Source of the DNA: Eledone cirrhosa
Lineage: Eukaryota
Direction: 5' to 3'
Length of the DNA stretch: 64,000 nt
Assembly (NCBI GenBank): GCA_964016885.1
Contig: OZ024755.1
Coordinates: 26,722,001-26,786,000 of the forward strand
Shown here: positions 38,285-52,809 of the stretch, one piece after another
Numbering within the stretch: the stretch's first letter is position 1
Layout: every line of letters starts with the position of its first letter
Position numbers and translations under genes: made by a program
The notes under the pieces: model-generated
Told to the model about the DNA's origin: nothing
What the model saw: only the letters and a program-made list of their open reading frames with translations
The model's database searches: none

Positions 38285-38343
<59 letters not shown>

Positions 38344-38859
38344 AATTTGTATTTTACTTGAAACATTGTATATGGTATACAGAATGGGAAGTTTGAAAGC
38401 CACGACAATGCAGATTGGACGGAAAATAATCAAGCTGTAAGAAACAAGGGGCATTTTTTTAACTTTAATTTATTAATTTATTCATATGCCCTGATATTTC
38501 GAGATTAGTATCTCTTCTTTCGAGGAAAATAAAGGAACTATTCCAGTGTCCGATTTGGCAAGCCAAATAGAAATAGAAAGAGGCAGACAGAGAAACAGAC
38601 AAACAGAGAAAGTAGATGGAATGAATAGAAAATCGAATTTACCATAATATTGTACTCGTACTTTATTTAACAACCCTGAAAAAAAGTGACTGTCAAAGTT
38701 TACTTGGATGGTATATGAACTCAGAGTGTAAAAAGCCAGAAGAAATATTGTAAGCCATTCATTCTATCCAACCCTCTAACAATTCTGCCAAATCAATAAA
38801 GCTCTATGATCGATTTAATTAATTATATTCTCCTCCGCCAAAATGTGTGATCTTCTGTG

Positions 38860-39160
38860 TGTGTTAATTAGTCCATCCTACGCATGTTTGCGCATCGAGC
38901 GGCAGTTCTCTCCAAGTGTTCTTGATCGTCTGTTCTGTTTTCTCAATGTCTGTTGACATTCTTCAGGACCTCTCGAAAGTCTTCAAGTCATGTGGCATAT
39001 GGTCTTCCCCATCTTCTCCTTTCTCTACGTCGTATCCATCACAATATTATTTTTACACAGCACTGTTCTTTCTTCCTACGTATTTAACTAATTAACGTTC
39101 GTTCGAATATTCAATTTGTGTTGCAGCATTCTAATTCTAATTTTATCTGGAGACAACTTT
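38860..39160 (-). mobile_element. Degenerate RTE 3' fragment
   Basis: WIRRRERRRWGRP..W-like motif followed by a 3' tail. Confidence 0.55.
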
Positions 39161-41879
39161 TTTTTTAATCATTTTGGGTTTAATACAAAAATATTAGAAT
39201 AGATTATATCGATTATATTTCTATACCCAAATATTTGCTTCGCCTGAAACCAGATTAAATCGTTAATGTAGTCCCATAGTTTAATAACTATGGTAGAGGT
39301 TTTATAATTATGTGGGCAGGTATATTCCTAAAAAGCGTTAGTAATGGTGTTTTACAACCCCTGTACATATTTGAGCTTCTTTTGAGTCGCAGAGAACATC
39401 AGAACATTGGATATTTCTGTAGTTTAGCAAGGATTTATATGGATATTCTTACTTTCTCTAGAGTGTCATCTGCTTGTAGAAATCGAAATAGTTTCAAATG
39501 GGAAAAATAACTAACCCAAGATTCAGTTCACCAAAAGAATATGATACAGATCATTAACTTATTCAGAATATATAAAATATCAATTCTTAACAATGGCGCA
39601 AGTTCATACATTTTCCTTTTTGTTTGTGGGGACATAGAATCAAAGATATCGACCTCGAGAGGATGGAAAGTAAAGTAGGCATTAACAAAATTTGAATTGA
39701 GAATATAAAGAGAGATAACTAAATAAGAGAAAACACTTTATCCGTCATTCTATCGATTATCTCAGACACCACCATCCTCATGCTGTATACAAGGGATCAT
39801 CTTTGTTGGCTTTCTGGAAAAACAAAGAAATTCACAGATGACAGCAACGCTAAATGGAAGGAAACGAGAATGTGCATGAGTACATGGCAATATCTACCAT
39901 CGTTTCTCTATATGTCAACTGAATCATACAAAAGTGTAATTCTACGTGAAATACTATATGTGTGAGTGAGAGTATGTGTGTGTGTGTGTGTGTGCGTGTG
40001 TGTGTGTGTGCGTATGTGAATGTGTGTGTGTGAGTGTGTGTGTGGGAGAGCTTATGTATGCATGTGTGAGTGTGGAGTGGAGAGCGTGTGTTTGTATGCG
40101 TGTGCTAGGGGTGGAGAGCGTGTGTGTGTGTGTGTGTGTTTATGTTATCCACATAATAGTACTTTTAGGAAATTTTTTATAGATTTCTTCATATTCATTA
40201 TCGACTAAAGAAGGATTATCCAGCTAGTGTTGGATAAACAAACTCTGTTAAAAATGTTATTATCTCTCGTTGCTCCAATTATTTCTGGCTACTGGTTTTT
40301 TCTTTACGTAAAACACAGACGCCAACATTCATTTCTTTTACTGTTAAGAATTCTTCATCTTTCTACATCCCCACAGACATTGTGGTTTTACAAATATAAC
40401 TTCTCTCAAGAATCCTCCTGACTCTAATTATATGACCTTGTCTTTCATACTTTTATATAAATACCAAACAACAATGACGGTATCCTGGCAGAATCAATAA
40501 GACGTTGACATTGTTCGCACAAATTACTGTCAATCAATTTCTCTGTTCGAAAGTCTTGAAGTTTATTTGCTTCTAGGACATATTGACTAGGGATGGAGAT
40601 GCGATTATTAACTTAATTGAACCAAACGATGGCAGATCGGGTTCGGCAAAATCGTGCGCGAAATACCTTGGAATACTTATTTAAGTATCTTTACACTTTG
40701 AGTTCAATTCTCACCAGAGTTAACTTAGGCTGTTCTTCCTGGGTCTTAAAGTAGTTTGCATGTAAATGTGACCTTATGTCAAAAATCTATATTTTAACTG
40801 TACAAAATATTTCTATTAGTTTGGTCCGTTTCATCTCGTATACGCTTGAAATATCTTTCAGAAGAAATATTTTCCTCGCCCTTTTAACTTTAGCTTCAAA
40901 TGTCGCCTCAAAAGTATTTTATTTTACTTGGATTTCTATTGGTTTGTTTTCGAGATATTTTGTTTTTATGCAGTTGTTGCTATTGAAACTAGTTTCATGT
41001 AGTTAGAGAATTTGTTGCAATCCTGCTTAAAGCTAAATGTGTCATATTCCATTACTTCAATGTCCCACATCATAAAGCTAACAGCTCCATCTACTGGCAT
41101 CTTGTCATATATGGCTGTTAAGTTTTCTGTTCATTTATTCCTAACAACCGAGACTACAACTATCCGTATCCTTATAATCAACATCACCATCACCATCATC
41201 ATCATCATCGCCATCACCATCATCATTATAATCAACATCACCGCCATCATCATCATCATCATCATATTCATATTCATCATCATCATCACCGCCGTCGTCA
41301 TCGTCACCATCATATTCTTGAATGACAAAATAAAATGTTATTGACCAGATAAAAATAGCAACTGAATCTCTAAAAAGTTACTTTGATAGAAATGTTTGAT
41401 GAGGGCTGCTGTGATCTTAAACAACAATAACTCAATCACTAACAAGAACAACCACTTTAGTGTTCTTAAAATGAAGTAGTTAAATTTCTATTTACTGTAC
41501 AAAATCAATGGATCCCTCTTTGTTTCCACGATGAGTTCTCCAGTCGGTCGATCAACTGAAAGTCTGCTTTTGAAGATAACGTGTAAGTAGGAATACACTT
41601 TTATTTCTAGAATATAATTACATAAAAATAATTAAGCAGTATCTGATGAGAACAAAACACACTATTAAAGGGGACAAAAAAAGGGGTGGGGAAATGAAAA
41701 ATAGAAAAAGAAAAAAATATCAAGCAATGAAAAAAAAGGAGAGAGGGTGACAAGTTATTGAGCATTCCACAGACACATACCCTTAATATAATTTCAAGGG
41801 GATTTTAGGTGGCTTGAGATCATTTTGAATTACAATTACAGTCCATCTGACGAGTTTCAATTCTGTTTCTGTTTACCCA

Positions 41880-42135
41880 ATGTGGAGGTGCGTGGCCTAG
41901 TAGTAAGGGTGTTTGACTTACGATCATAATGTCGTGGGTTCGATTCCTGGGTTGGATGGTGTCTTCTTGAGCAAAACACTTCAGCTGAAAATGAGTACCA
42001 ACAATAGCTGGGATTTTAACTCTGCGATGGACTGGCATCCTGTCTAGGGGGGAATCTTGTATTCTCAGTCGTTTCACGCCATAAAACCGGGATAAGCACC
42101 GGTCAAATGAGCCTTCTGGCTTAAGACAGGCTTTA
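41880..42135 (+). mobile_element. tRNA-derived SINE (B-type head, third tail type; tail also at 23785-23935 on minus)
   Basis: GGTGCGTGGCCTAGTAGTAAGG, GGTTCGATTCC, CTGCGATGGACTGGCATCCTGTC. Confidence 0.75.
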
Positions 42136-43594
42136 GTTTTTTAGTTTACTAACCTAATTTCCATCACACTGTATGTGTCGCCTAGAGACTCTGGTAAACG
42201 ACACTTGCTTAAAATGACAGGCAATGGAATCGAACCCGAGATGAAATGATTCTGAAGTGAACCTTTTAGCTATTCGTCCATGTTGTGTCCACAATACAAA
42301 CTCAACATTTGATACGTTAAACTGAACTGATCAAAATGACCTCTAAAACAACATTTGACCCGATATCTTTCTTATCCATCTGCTATGATACTTTCTGTTG
42401 AAAATGAAACAGAGTATTGAACAGCTCTTCTTATTTTTCTTTTGTTTTTGCTTCGTCCATCACATTCGTGTCCATAGTAACAACTAGATTACTACTGCAG
42501 GGAAGAACAAACAAAAAAAAGTAAAGGGTACGAAAATTTTGTGCTGGCGACCTTCTTTGATCACTGGTCAAATCAATACTTTCATTCAATTCACGTGCTT
42601 TGGTAAAAAGGAAACGCTCTCAGACAATTTCAACTTAGTCACCTTGTTCCTTTCTCTTCTCTCTTTCTTCTCTTCTTCCCTCTTTCCTTCTCTCTTTCTT
42701 CTATTCTTCCCTCTTCCCTTCTCTCTTTCTTCCCTTCGTTCCTTTTTCCTTCTATCTTTCTTCTCTCCCCTTTCCTTCTCTCTTTCTTCTCTTCTTCCCT
42801 CTTTCATTCTGTCTTTCCTCTCTTCTTCCTCTTTCTTTTCTGTCTTTCTTCTCTTCGTTCCTCTTTTCCTTCTTTCTTTCTTCTCTTCGTTCCATCTTTC
42901 TATTTTTCCTCCTTTGTTTTTTCACTTCTTCCATCAATCCTTTATTACCTTCATTCTTCTTACCGAGTTATTTATTGTCTTCACTAGTTCATTCGTTCAT
43001 TCTGACCTTTCTTTCTCACATTCCTTCATTCTGCCATTCCATTCTTACATTCGTTCATTCTTACATTCCTTTCCTACATTTCTTCATTCTGTCACTCCAT
43101 TCTTACATTCCTTCACTTTTCAAGGTCGTTAAAAATGGACGGTAGAATTCTGGTAGAATTTCTCTCTATTCGACTGAGTTCAGACCTAAAGAGGGGATGA
43201 CTCTGTCAGGAAAATTATGTATTAGTACAAAATGAAGGAGACAAATTTTCCATTTCCTCTTTTCTTTTGTTCTGCCGTGGTCCATAGAAGGGAAATTTGT
43301 GGGTCATGTGTTTGAGTTCCCTGTTCTAGGGTGCAGTGGCATCCCTATTCCAATTAGTATTTAATGCATCGATTTCGGATTGGTAACAGGCAAAGTGGGC
43401 CTTGTCGGGATTTAATTCAGACCGAACAGAGACGGAATTGAATGCCACATGTCATTTAGTCCAATAGAATGCTCCGTGATATTCCTTCCGGCTCTCTGCG
43501 GCCTCTGAGTTCAAATCCTGATACGGTCAACTTCGCCTTTTATCATGTCGAGGTGGATAAAAATAGACCAGTCCAATATTGGTAGATACTTCTT

Positions 43595-43999
<405 letters not shown>

Positions 44000-44001
<2 letters not shown>

Positions 44002-44154
44002 CGAAGGAAATGTGGTAAGGAACCAGGTGGACCATAACGCACCAAAGTACTCAATACTTGGGGTAGTAGAGTGGGTAACAGGAACCAGTAAGACCCCGAC
44101 GGCTGAGCTCAAGCCGTTTCGACGGCTAATTCAGCCGTCGGGGTCTTACTGGTT

Positions 44155-44158
<4 letters not shown>
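44000..44158 (-). mobile_element. Penelope-like LTR end with a 3'-half hammerhead and fold-back
   Basis: Minus strand: stem II GACGGCT/AGCCGTC-GAAA-CGGCT TGAGCTC AGCCG-TC|GGGGTC; the CTGANGA box is replaced by an inverted copy of downstream sequence. Confidence 0.55.
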
Positions 44159-44195
<37 letters not shown>

Positions 44196-44236
44196 GGCTG
44201 TGTTCAGATGTGGAGAGGAAATGACTCTATCCGGTT

Positions 44237-44530
44237 TAGATGCTCAAGACATACCACGTTACGATGGTGCCCCTACCACACCACCAGATGTTCAAGACAT
44301 ACCACGTTACGATGGTGCCCCTACCACACCACCAGATGTTCAAGACATACCACGTTACGATGGTGCCCCTACCACACCACCAGATGTTCAAGACATACCA
44401 CGTTACGATGGTGCCCCTACCACACCACCAGATGTTCAAGACATACCACATGTCAAGATGGTGCCCCTACCACACCACCAGATGTTCAAGACATACCACA
44501 TGTCAAGATGGTGACCCTACCACATGTTCA
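44237..44530. repeat. 48-bp minisatellite, ~6 copies
   Basis: AGATGTTCAAGACATACCACGTTACGATGGTGCCCCTACCACACCACC at 44286, 44334 and onward. Confidence 0.95.
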
Positions 44531-44679
44531 ACTTCCTCTCAATATTTATGCCTTCCATTCGCTGTTTTGTTTCCTGATTTCATAATCATTCTTCAACTTT
44601 CTATCACTCTTTCTTACTCCAATTCCCTTTCATTCTTTTATTCATATCCTACCTATTCACTCTTTCTCTCCCCCTTCTT

Positions 44680-44743
<64 letters not shown>

Positions 44744-46018
44744 ATCTTCCCTTTTTTGTGGTTTCTTTCTCTCTCTCTCTCTTCCTCTCTCTTTCTCTTT
44801 TTCTCTCTCTCATCTTCTCTATCTCCCTTTTTTGCTCTGACTTTTGCTTCCAATACATTTTGGAAGAATGTGTAAATCAAGTTTAAAGAAGTGTTATGGT
44901 AGAAAATCTTTCTAATGTTGCATTGCTTTTTAGCCATTCTTTGAAAGTGGCGATGTTATTATGGCCTAGAGAGTTGACAACAATGAAGATATAGTAGAGC
45001 ACACTACTAAATACTAAACAGCATTTAGCTTCAACTGCCGACATTCTGAATTCATTAAAATTTCAAGATATAAAAAAAAATTAATGGTTTTAATTTTTGT
45101 GAGTAGTGAAGAAAGAGATTTAACGTTTCGAAAGCTTGGTTTTCGGCAAGGGAAAAACAATAGAAGGTAGTGTTGAGGCATTGGGGTGCTACAAAACAAA
45201 AGCATTCCTTCCATAATCTAGAATTAATAAAAAATATATGGTCATATAATAATTGTTCATTTAATTGACCATACATCTCCCTCCTGGTTTAGTAAAAAAA
45301 AAAAAATAATTGTTTCTACTTTTGGCACAAGGACAGCAAATTCCCCCTAGTGCATTACTTGTACTTCATTTTATCGACCCCGTAAGGATGAAAAGCAAAG
45401 TTAACCTCGGTGGGATTTGAACTCAAAACGTATAGGGCCATAACTCTATCGCTCTACCGATACTGCCAATCCAAATAATAATTTTGTGGCGTTGAGTTAG
45501 CGATTCTTTCGTATGCAATGGCTCAAACGATAGGAAAATGTTTGTGAGTCACTCATCACAATTCATCGAAGTTTAGATAGAGAGTTTGTGATCGAATCAA
45601 TCAGCTACTAACCTCTCAGGTTTTCTAAAGTTCACGTTCAGCCTAATCAAATGAAACCAATATACTCTTCTTTCCCTTTTTTATCGCTACATCAGGATCT
45701 CACCAGACCACCTGTGGAGACCCTACGGAAATACTTTCGGTAGAGTGGACTCAGCTGAACGCACCCAATGCCAAGTTGTGGTGTTAAATCATGTGACCGA
45801 TTTCATACCACCGGATTTGAACAAATACCACAAGGTATCCTATCTGACGCTCAAATAATTCTGTCAGTCCACCGCCCTGGACCGATTCTTTATTTATCGA
45901 AGGCTGAAATATAAAGCTGAGCTTCACGGGATTTGAACTCTGAATACAAGGATCCGGAACAAATACCACAAGGTATTTTGTTTCTTTAATGCAACGTAAA
46001 ATTATTTATATATATATA

Positions 46019-46624
46019 CTAGCAGAATGGCCCGGCGTTGCTCGGGATTTGCTCTAGGGTTCTTATATATTTGATATATATTTATCCTTATCGAGCCTCG
46101 TGAAATAAATAGATTTGTTTATATTTTGTTATTGCGTATGCAAAAATATCTGTACACGAATATATAATTATATATATATATATATTAAAATAACAGATTA
46201 AAGTTTAAGCAAAGAATCGCTGCTTTCACCCTTAACGGGATCTTCTGAAACTAAAAAAAATCAATCTGTGAACGCAGAAGTAAATATATACACACACTAT
46301 ATATACATATATCCACACACACATATAGCGACGTCATAATGTCGTAATGCAGACAGACTGACATACAGACAGATATTATAAGGGCGCAACGTTATATCTA
46401 TATGTCTATCTAAAAAGAAAGAATAAGACTTATAGAGAGAGATCGCTAAATCGCCTAATACGGTCCCTAGGGCATTGCATATTTGAAATTGTTTTTTCGC
46501 AAAACACTCACAGGATCATAAGTATTACATGTGTAAAGTTTGAAAACAATCGGTTGGGTGGTTCTCGAGTTTTAGGGAGTCAGATAGACATACAAACAGA
46601 CATTCTCTGTTTTAGATATATAGA
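46019..46624 (-). mobile_element. Non-autonomous Helitron, 606 bp
   Basis: Minus strand: A|TCTATATATCTAAAA...AATGTCTGTTTGT...AACCGATT 5' end; 3' hairpin CCCGAGCAACGCCGGG then CTAG|T; inserted between A and T. Confidence 0.88.
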
Positions 46625-48258
46625 TATATATATATTTGGGGAGGCTTCTGAAACCCTTAATATTTAAGGTGGTGCCCCAACATGGCCGTAGTCTAATGAC
46701 CAAAACTATTAACAGAATAACAGAATTGATGATACCAGATTCTCAATAAAGCTAGTTTACAGTTATTGCATCTAATATTGATATGAATGTCACACAATCT
46801 CATTTCTCCTGATTATGTTTAAATTAGAACCACATATGAAGTCAACATTAATAGCATCAAAGAGTGGTGGATTTGCAGTATCGGTAGAGCGTCGGGTAAA
46901 GTGCTATTGCAGTATTTGTTCTGGCTCTTTACATTCTGAGTTCAAATCCTACCGAGGTCGACTTTGTCTTTTACCCTTCTGAGGTTGATAAAATAAAATG
47001 TCAGTCAAATACTGGGTTTGATTTAATCAACTTTACCCTCCTACCGAATTTTCTGGCCATGTGCATAAATTATAAATCGATATTAATATGTTAAAGACAG
47101 CGAGCAGTCAGAAACGATACTCGCTTCAAATCTTGATGAAATGAATGCCAAGTGTCCAGATTTGTGGCCCTGATCAAAATCATTCCAGCGTAACTTTCGA
47201 CATTTCTTAACATACCAGGGACATATTGGTCCTAAAATTAAATTTGCATTCCACCAAATATTCTTTCTAATATTTTTCATAATTTAACAATAAGTAGCTA
47301 TTGTTTCTGGTATTACTAATCATATAGAGTAATAGAGGCATTACTGGGATAATTTATTGCGACAAAAGTTTCCCATATGAATGCTTTCAAAGCATATACA
47401 AAATACTTATAAAAATATTCCTAAGTTTAATTTGATCAAAATTAATCATTTTCAATTATAAACCAAGTATTTTGTTTTAATCAGTATTGAAAGGTTTGGA
47501 GATTGATATTGTGAATGAAAGACTGTATATTTCACTAGATAGGGCTACCACTTCCGCCATGATATTACTAATTTCCTTTAATGGTGTTTAAAGAGATCGA
47601 GAGGGCCTAAGAAAAATATCAGAGTGTAATTTCAGGGAAATTTCTAGCAAATTGAACAACAATATAAAAGCACTCTTCTTGGCTCGTATACAAAGAAGCA
47701 GTTAGATATTTGAAAGTTGAATCAATCAATTAAATACACATACAGGAATAGCTCTGTGCTTAATTAAATAGAATGATAATTGCCGAGTTAATAAAGTATT
47801 CAACAAGCAGATCTTGAGTTAAAATCCGCTTCTGGCATTTTACTGCCTTTATTTTTCATTACTAGCCTTCAGCTAACTTCCAGGAATAGTACTGAGAAAG
47901 AAGATCAATCGTGTTGATCATTCATTGATACATTCTCTGATCATAAGTGGTCAGACAATTGACTCTATCAAAGCTCTGTGTCGCTAAGAATAAATATATA
48001 TTATGTCTTAGCAACAGACAGTGATGTGTTGGTAAAACAACGTATATTGCCAGACTAAATATAATAGATAAAAGTATTTAGTTCCCCCTCTCCCCCTCTC
48101 TCTCATTCTCTCTCCTCCTCTTGTCACCTGGATATACCAACCATATCCGCCAGGATACTGCTATTTATATTTGGAGGATAAATGTGCAAGCAACCCTTTC
48201 AGCTATGATCATCTCATCTTTCACCGAGATATACGAAAATGTATCTAGAAATATATTA

Positions 48259-48359
48259 CAGTGAAATTCCGTTATTACGGAATTCACGAGGTATAAAAAA
48301 AATTCTTTATACGGAGAAATTCGTTATAATGGTATCAGTTATAACGGAATATTTACCTG
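48259..48359. mobile_element. Tigger/pogo-like MITE
   Basis: TA|CAGTGAAATTCCGTTA...TAACGGAATATTTACCTG|TA. Confidence 0.6.
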
Positions 48360-48649
48360 TATACAATTTGTATATGTTTAACAACAGAAAGATGTAATTC
48401 TATGATGATTTCTTTGCTATTTTTAGCAGGTCTAGCAGGCACATACTGGTCCCCTCTTTGATTCATTTGGTTTAAGTTAGTTGAATGAGGCCGTAGTATG
48501 TTGATGACATTTGCAAGACCTCCTGGGTGTGATTGATACGTCAAATAGAATTGCTCTGTGGTTGGTTAAATTTATGACCAAAAAGGACATTTAACCTGTC
48601 ACGGCCACGACGGTAATTAAAAGATGCGTTAATTTGAGATATGTTAATT

Positions 48650-49008
48650 TTACAGAGAAGGCAGTGAATTGACAAAGTCGTAAGAACATCGTATACAATG
48701 CTTTGCGGTATTTCTTTCGGCTCTCGCTCTCTCAGTTTAAATGCCGTTGAGGTCAACTTTACTTCTCATACATTCAAGGTTGATAAAAAAAAGAGCAAAA
48801 GTTTGGTAACTGGGGTCGATTCTTCCTCTATACTTCTTTCTCACTTCCATTCTCTTACTATCTCTATCATTCTCTGGAAGAAATCTACTGTATTCAGGCC
48901 TGGAGAGGAGATAGATTCTGTCAGGCTTTAAAATGCCCTAGAAACGCCGTGTGTCAATACGGCGTCCTTACGTATCCCTCTGGAGTTACGGGTCTAAGAA
49001 GAAGAAGA
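48650..49008 (+). mobile_element. Family A SINE with alternative tail ending (AAG)n
   Basis: Homologous to 20500-20760 and 32945-33270. Confidence 0.7.
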
Positions 49009-50029
49009 ATTTGACAGAGGCGATAAAGCCGTAAATTCTACCTTTAAGGTAAGTTTTTTCTTTGTATTGAACCCTCAATTCTTGATAGACTTTTAGCGGC
49101 ACCATATTTCATGACTTGGCGGGGCCCCATCCCTCCCTAGCTCTGACTATAGCCAATTTCTTCTGGAAAGAAAAGAAGAGAAATATCAGTCAATATAAGA
49201 ATGGTACTTTATTTTTCGAATCAAAAGTGGTGAATGGAAAAGTTAATTCAACAAAATTTGAACTCATGGAGCAGAGAGAGCTAGAACGAATACGGTAAGG
49301 CAGTTTATTCTATGCTCTAAGGACACTGCCAGCTATCTATCTCAATCAGCGCAAGGTATACACTTACAGATATGTCAAGTATATAAAATGTTACACGTAT
49401 ATAAATAGTACCAGTAATATACTGTAGTGTCAAATGATTATTTACCTTTCTTACAAAACAATGGGCTTGTACTGAGTTAAAAGAGGAATCAATATAATAA
49501 ATAATATATAACCACAAATTTGGGATAATGGAACAGTCGATTATATTGTATTGACACAGTAGCTGACTGCTAGTTCATTTAATCGAACCCAGGCTGATGA
49601 AAAGTTCATCACACCGGGTTTTGAAATCAGAACACAAAGAGATTTAACTACACGACAACGTTGCTGACTTCTATACAGCAACCATTAGAATGCTAGCTAG
49701 AAATAACTGCGTGACGAGAAAATAAAAAAAAGATTAATCATTGACTATGTTGTTTTAGTTATTTCTTCTACTAATTGAAATAATTAAAACAAAACTAATC
49801 AATGACTAATATTGTTTTAATTATTTCAGCAAGTAATTATAATAAATATTATAATTAAAATAATAACCATTTGTTAATATCGTTTTCCTCGCCATCTAAT
49901 TATTCCTAATAATTGTTTAAGAGTTTGCTGTAATATATATGTTAGTACGAACATAACATAATAACTATGGGTTTTCGTGGAAATATCGACTCTCTAAGTT
50001 CTTGAAAACAATAATCATTATTTATTTAT

Positions 50030-50250
50030 GAAGGGCGGTAGATTGGCAGTATCGGTAGAAGGTTGGACGCCATGCTTTGCAGCATAGAGATACGTCCCTT
50101 TACGATCTGAGTTCAAATCCCGCCGAGGTTAACTTTGGCTTTCATCCTTACGGGGTCGATAAAATAAAGTACTAGTCATGCACTGGGGTCGATTTAATCG
50201 ACTTTCCCCTCCCCCATATTGCTGGCCTTGTGCCTATATAAGAAACCATT
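50030..50250 (+). mobile_element. Full-length family A SINE
   Basis: Complete head, core and tail; TTATTTATTTAT flanks. Confidence 0.9.
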
Positions 50251-50564
50251 ATTTATTTATTTATTTTGTTCAAGGTCACTTATTTTGGGGAGATTAAATC
50301 GGCTCCAGATTTGATTTTATCGACCTCGAAAGGATAAAAAATAATATTGGTATCGGCGGGATTTGAAATAGAAATGAAAAGAGGTGTAAAGGAACATCAA
50401 AAACATTCGAGTTTTGGCAGTTGTTGCAATACAGCGCATCCTCCAAGGATGTCTTGTTTATGTTCGTGCATTGCCACTTCTCGTTCTACCAATGTGAAAC
50501 AACGGGAATAAACTTGTCTCTCGTTCGTCGTTTTGATTTTGATGCTTTGCTGTTGTTTTACATG

Positions 50565-50827
50565 CAGGGGTTCTCAAACATCCCCCTCCCCTCGTCCCGT
50601 CCCCTGCCTATACGCAAATTGTAAATAAATTAAATCGTTAATTTATATATAATAAATAATATAATATATATTATGTATAAATGAATATTATATATTTATA
50701 TAAAATACGTATCATTTGATACTTAATATACTATTATATCATCTCTACATCCCCCTTAGGTCCCAGCGCCCCCTGAACCTTCTCAACGCCCCCCGGGGGC
50801 GGAAGCGCCCACTTTCAGAACCACTTG
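50565..50827. mobile_element. hAT (Charlie-like) MITE
   Basis: CAGGGGTTCTCAAA...TTTCAGAACCACTTG ends; 8-bp TSD not clean. Confidence 0.5.
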
Positions 50828-51252
50828 TTTAGTGCATCAGAAAGATTATTTATGACAATATTCTACCATTTTCTTGCTGCCAGAATATCCTCCAGCAAGT
50901 CCTATTCTTGACATCAATAACAATTAGCAGTGGCACTCTCCTACCATTTACTATTAGTCGAGGAAGGAAGTCTGTTGTAGATTCCACTCGGCAGGATTTA
51001 CAACCTGACTGGCTCTGTTCTTTAACATGCTCTTGATTCCTGTGCTGCTCATGCGCAGTGACTTCCCAACCATATTACTATTATCACAAGCACCCAATTA
51101 ACCCAGCAAAATTATTTGCTCACACATCCCGCCGATATTTCTTACTTGGTGGGAATAACTATTTACCTCGTAACCGTTCCAGTGAAGTCTGAGTGTTCAG
51201 TAGAGAAACTATCGTCTTTGCCACGTCAAAATGTTTTCCGATATACATACAG

Positions 51253-51369
<117 letters not shown>

Positions 51370-51697
51370 ATAATAATAATAAGGGTTGACGGGCCCACCA
51401 TATTTATCAATGTCAGTACCAGTTGTATCTCAGCGCATCTCCATGGGCAATGTAAGATACATTCCCAGAGTATACACAAAGTTATTTGCTTCAACACAAC
51501 ACACGTAAAACGGGTGCCTATAAGGATCCCGGACTCGAGTTTCTGCCGCACTAATGCAGCAGTAAGGTGCACTGCACCAGCTGTCTGTATTTATTATGCA
51601 ACAATGCACAATCGGCTTATGCGGCTTCATTAACGTGTATCGCCTAATCAATAACCAATCGATCGACAGAATCTTAAGACCAGTCTATACACACACA

Positions 51698-51811
<114 letters not shown>

Positions 51812-52625
51812 CATACAAAATATGCTTAATTCGAAGCAGCTCAGAGTTTCTAGCTCTTTGGTTTTGTTCAGTCGAAACATCCAGGGTGTCGTTATGACAA
51901 AGTGTTTCATTTATAAATTTCATTAATCATCGTGTTGTTTTATTCGTTTGTTGCTTGTCAAAAGTCCAATTTACAAATGGCTTTCTTAATTTTTCAGGGC
52001 AGATTATTTTAAATGTATATTGTAATTACTTTAAGAAAATAATCCCATTTGTTATTCAAATATATCTGATGGACGAATGTGTTTTGAATATTAAACATTG
52101 AATTGTCTTCTATGTAAACATGTGGAGAATATCTCATCTCGACTGTTCATGACGTTAGTTGGGAAGATTAGTATGTTATATTTTTCTGCGAGAAATATAC
52201 GGCATTGATAGTTACCGTTATCATATCACTTAGTTTTCTCGATAAAACTTCATTTTGCACTATCATAGACGTCTCGTCTGCATCTTTAGATTTCCACATA
52301 TATTGAGACATTGATGTTCAGTTGATATTGTTACTGGATATGAATGAAAGTAAAAATTGTGTATATCCAGTTTGGTGGGTATTTTTTATCAACCTTATAT
52401 ATGCTATTTTAATACACTCTATTATTATTGCATCAGCTCTATTGACAAGTACTATTGGTGGGCAAATACATATCGATAAAATAATAATAGAGCGAAATAA
52501 CTACTGGAATGTGTTCGATATGATCGACTAAACCATTCAAAGCGGTATGTGGAATCACCAAACTCTAATGGTTGATATTAATAAAAGAATGAACAAATAT
52601 GTTTGTATATACATATGTGTATACT

Positions 52626-52775
<150 letters not shown>

Positions 52776-52809
52776 CTTTTTCCATTTTTGTACATTCGAA
52801 ATATTTGCG

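Noticed and set aside
42476-42492. RFX X-box-like GTGTCCATAGTAAC (a similar motif lies near 35074)
   Set aside because: It is an isolated degenerate motif with no linked gene.
44200-44514. DVQDIPRYDGAPTTPP repeat protein
   Set aside because: The 48-bp minisatellite is open in all three plus frames, and nothing supports an exon.
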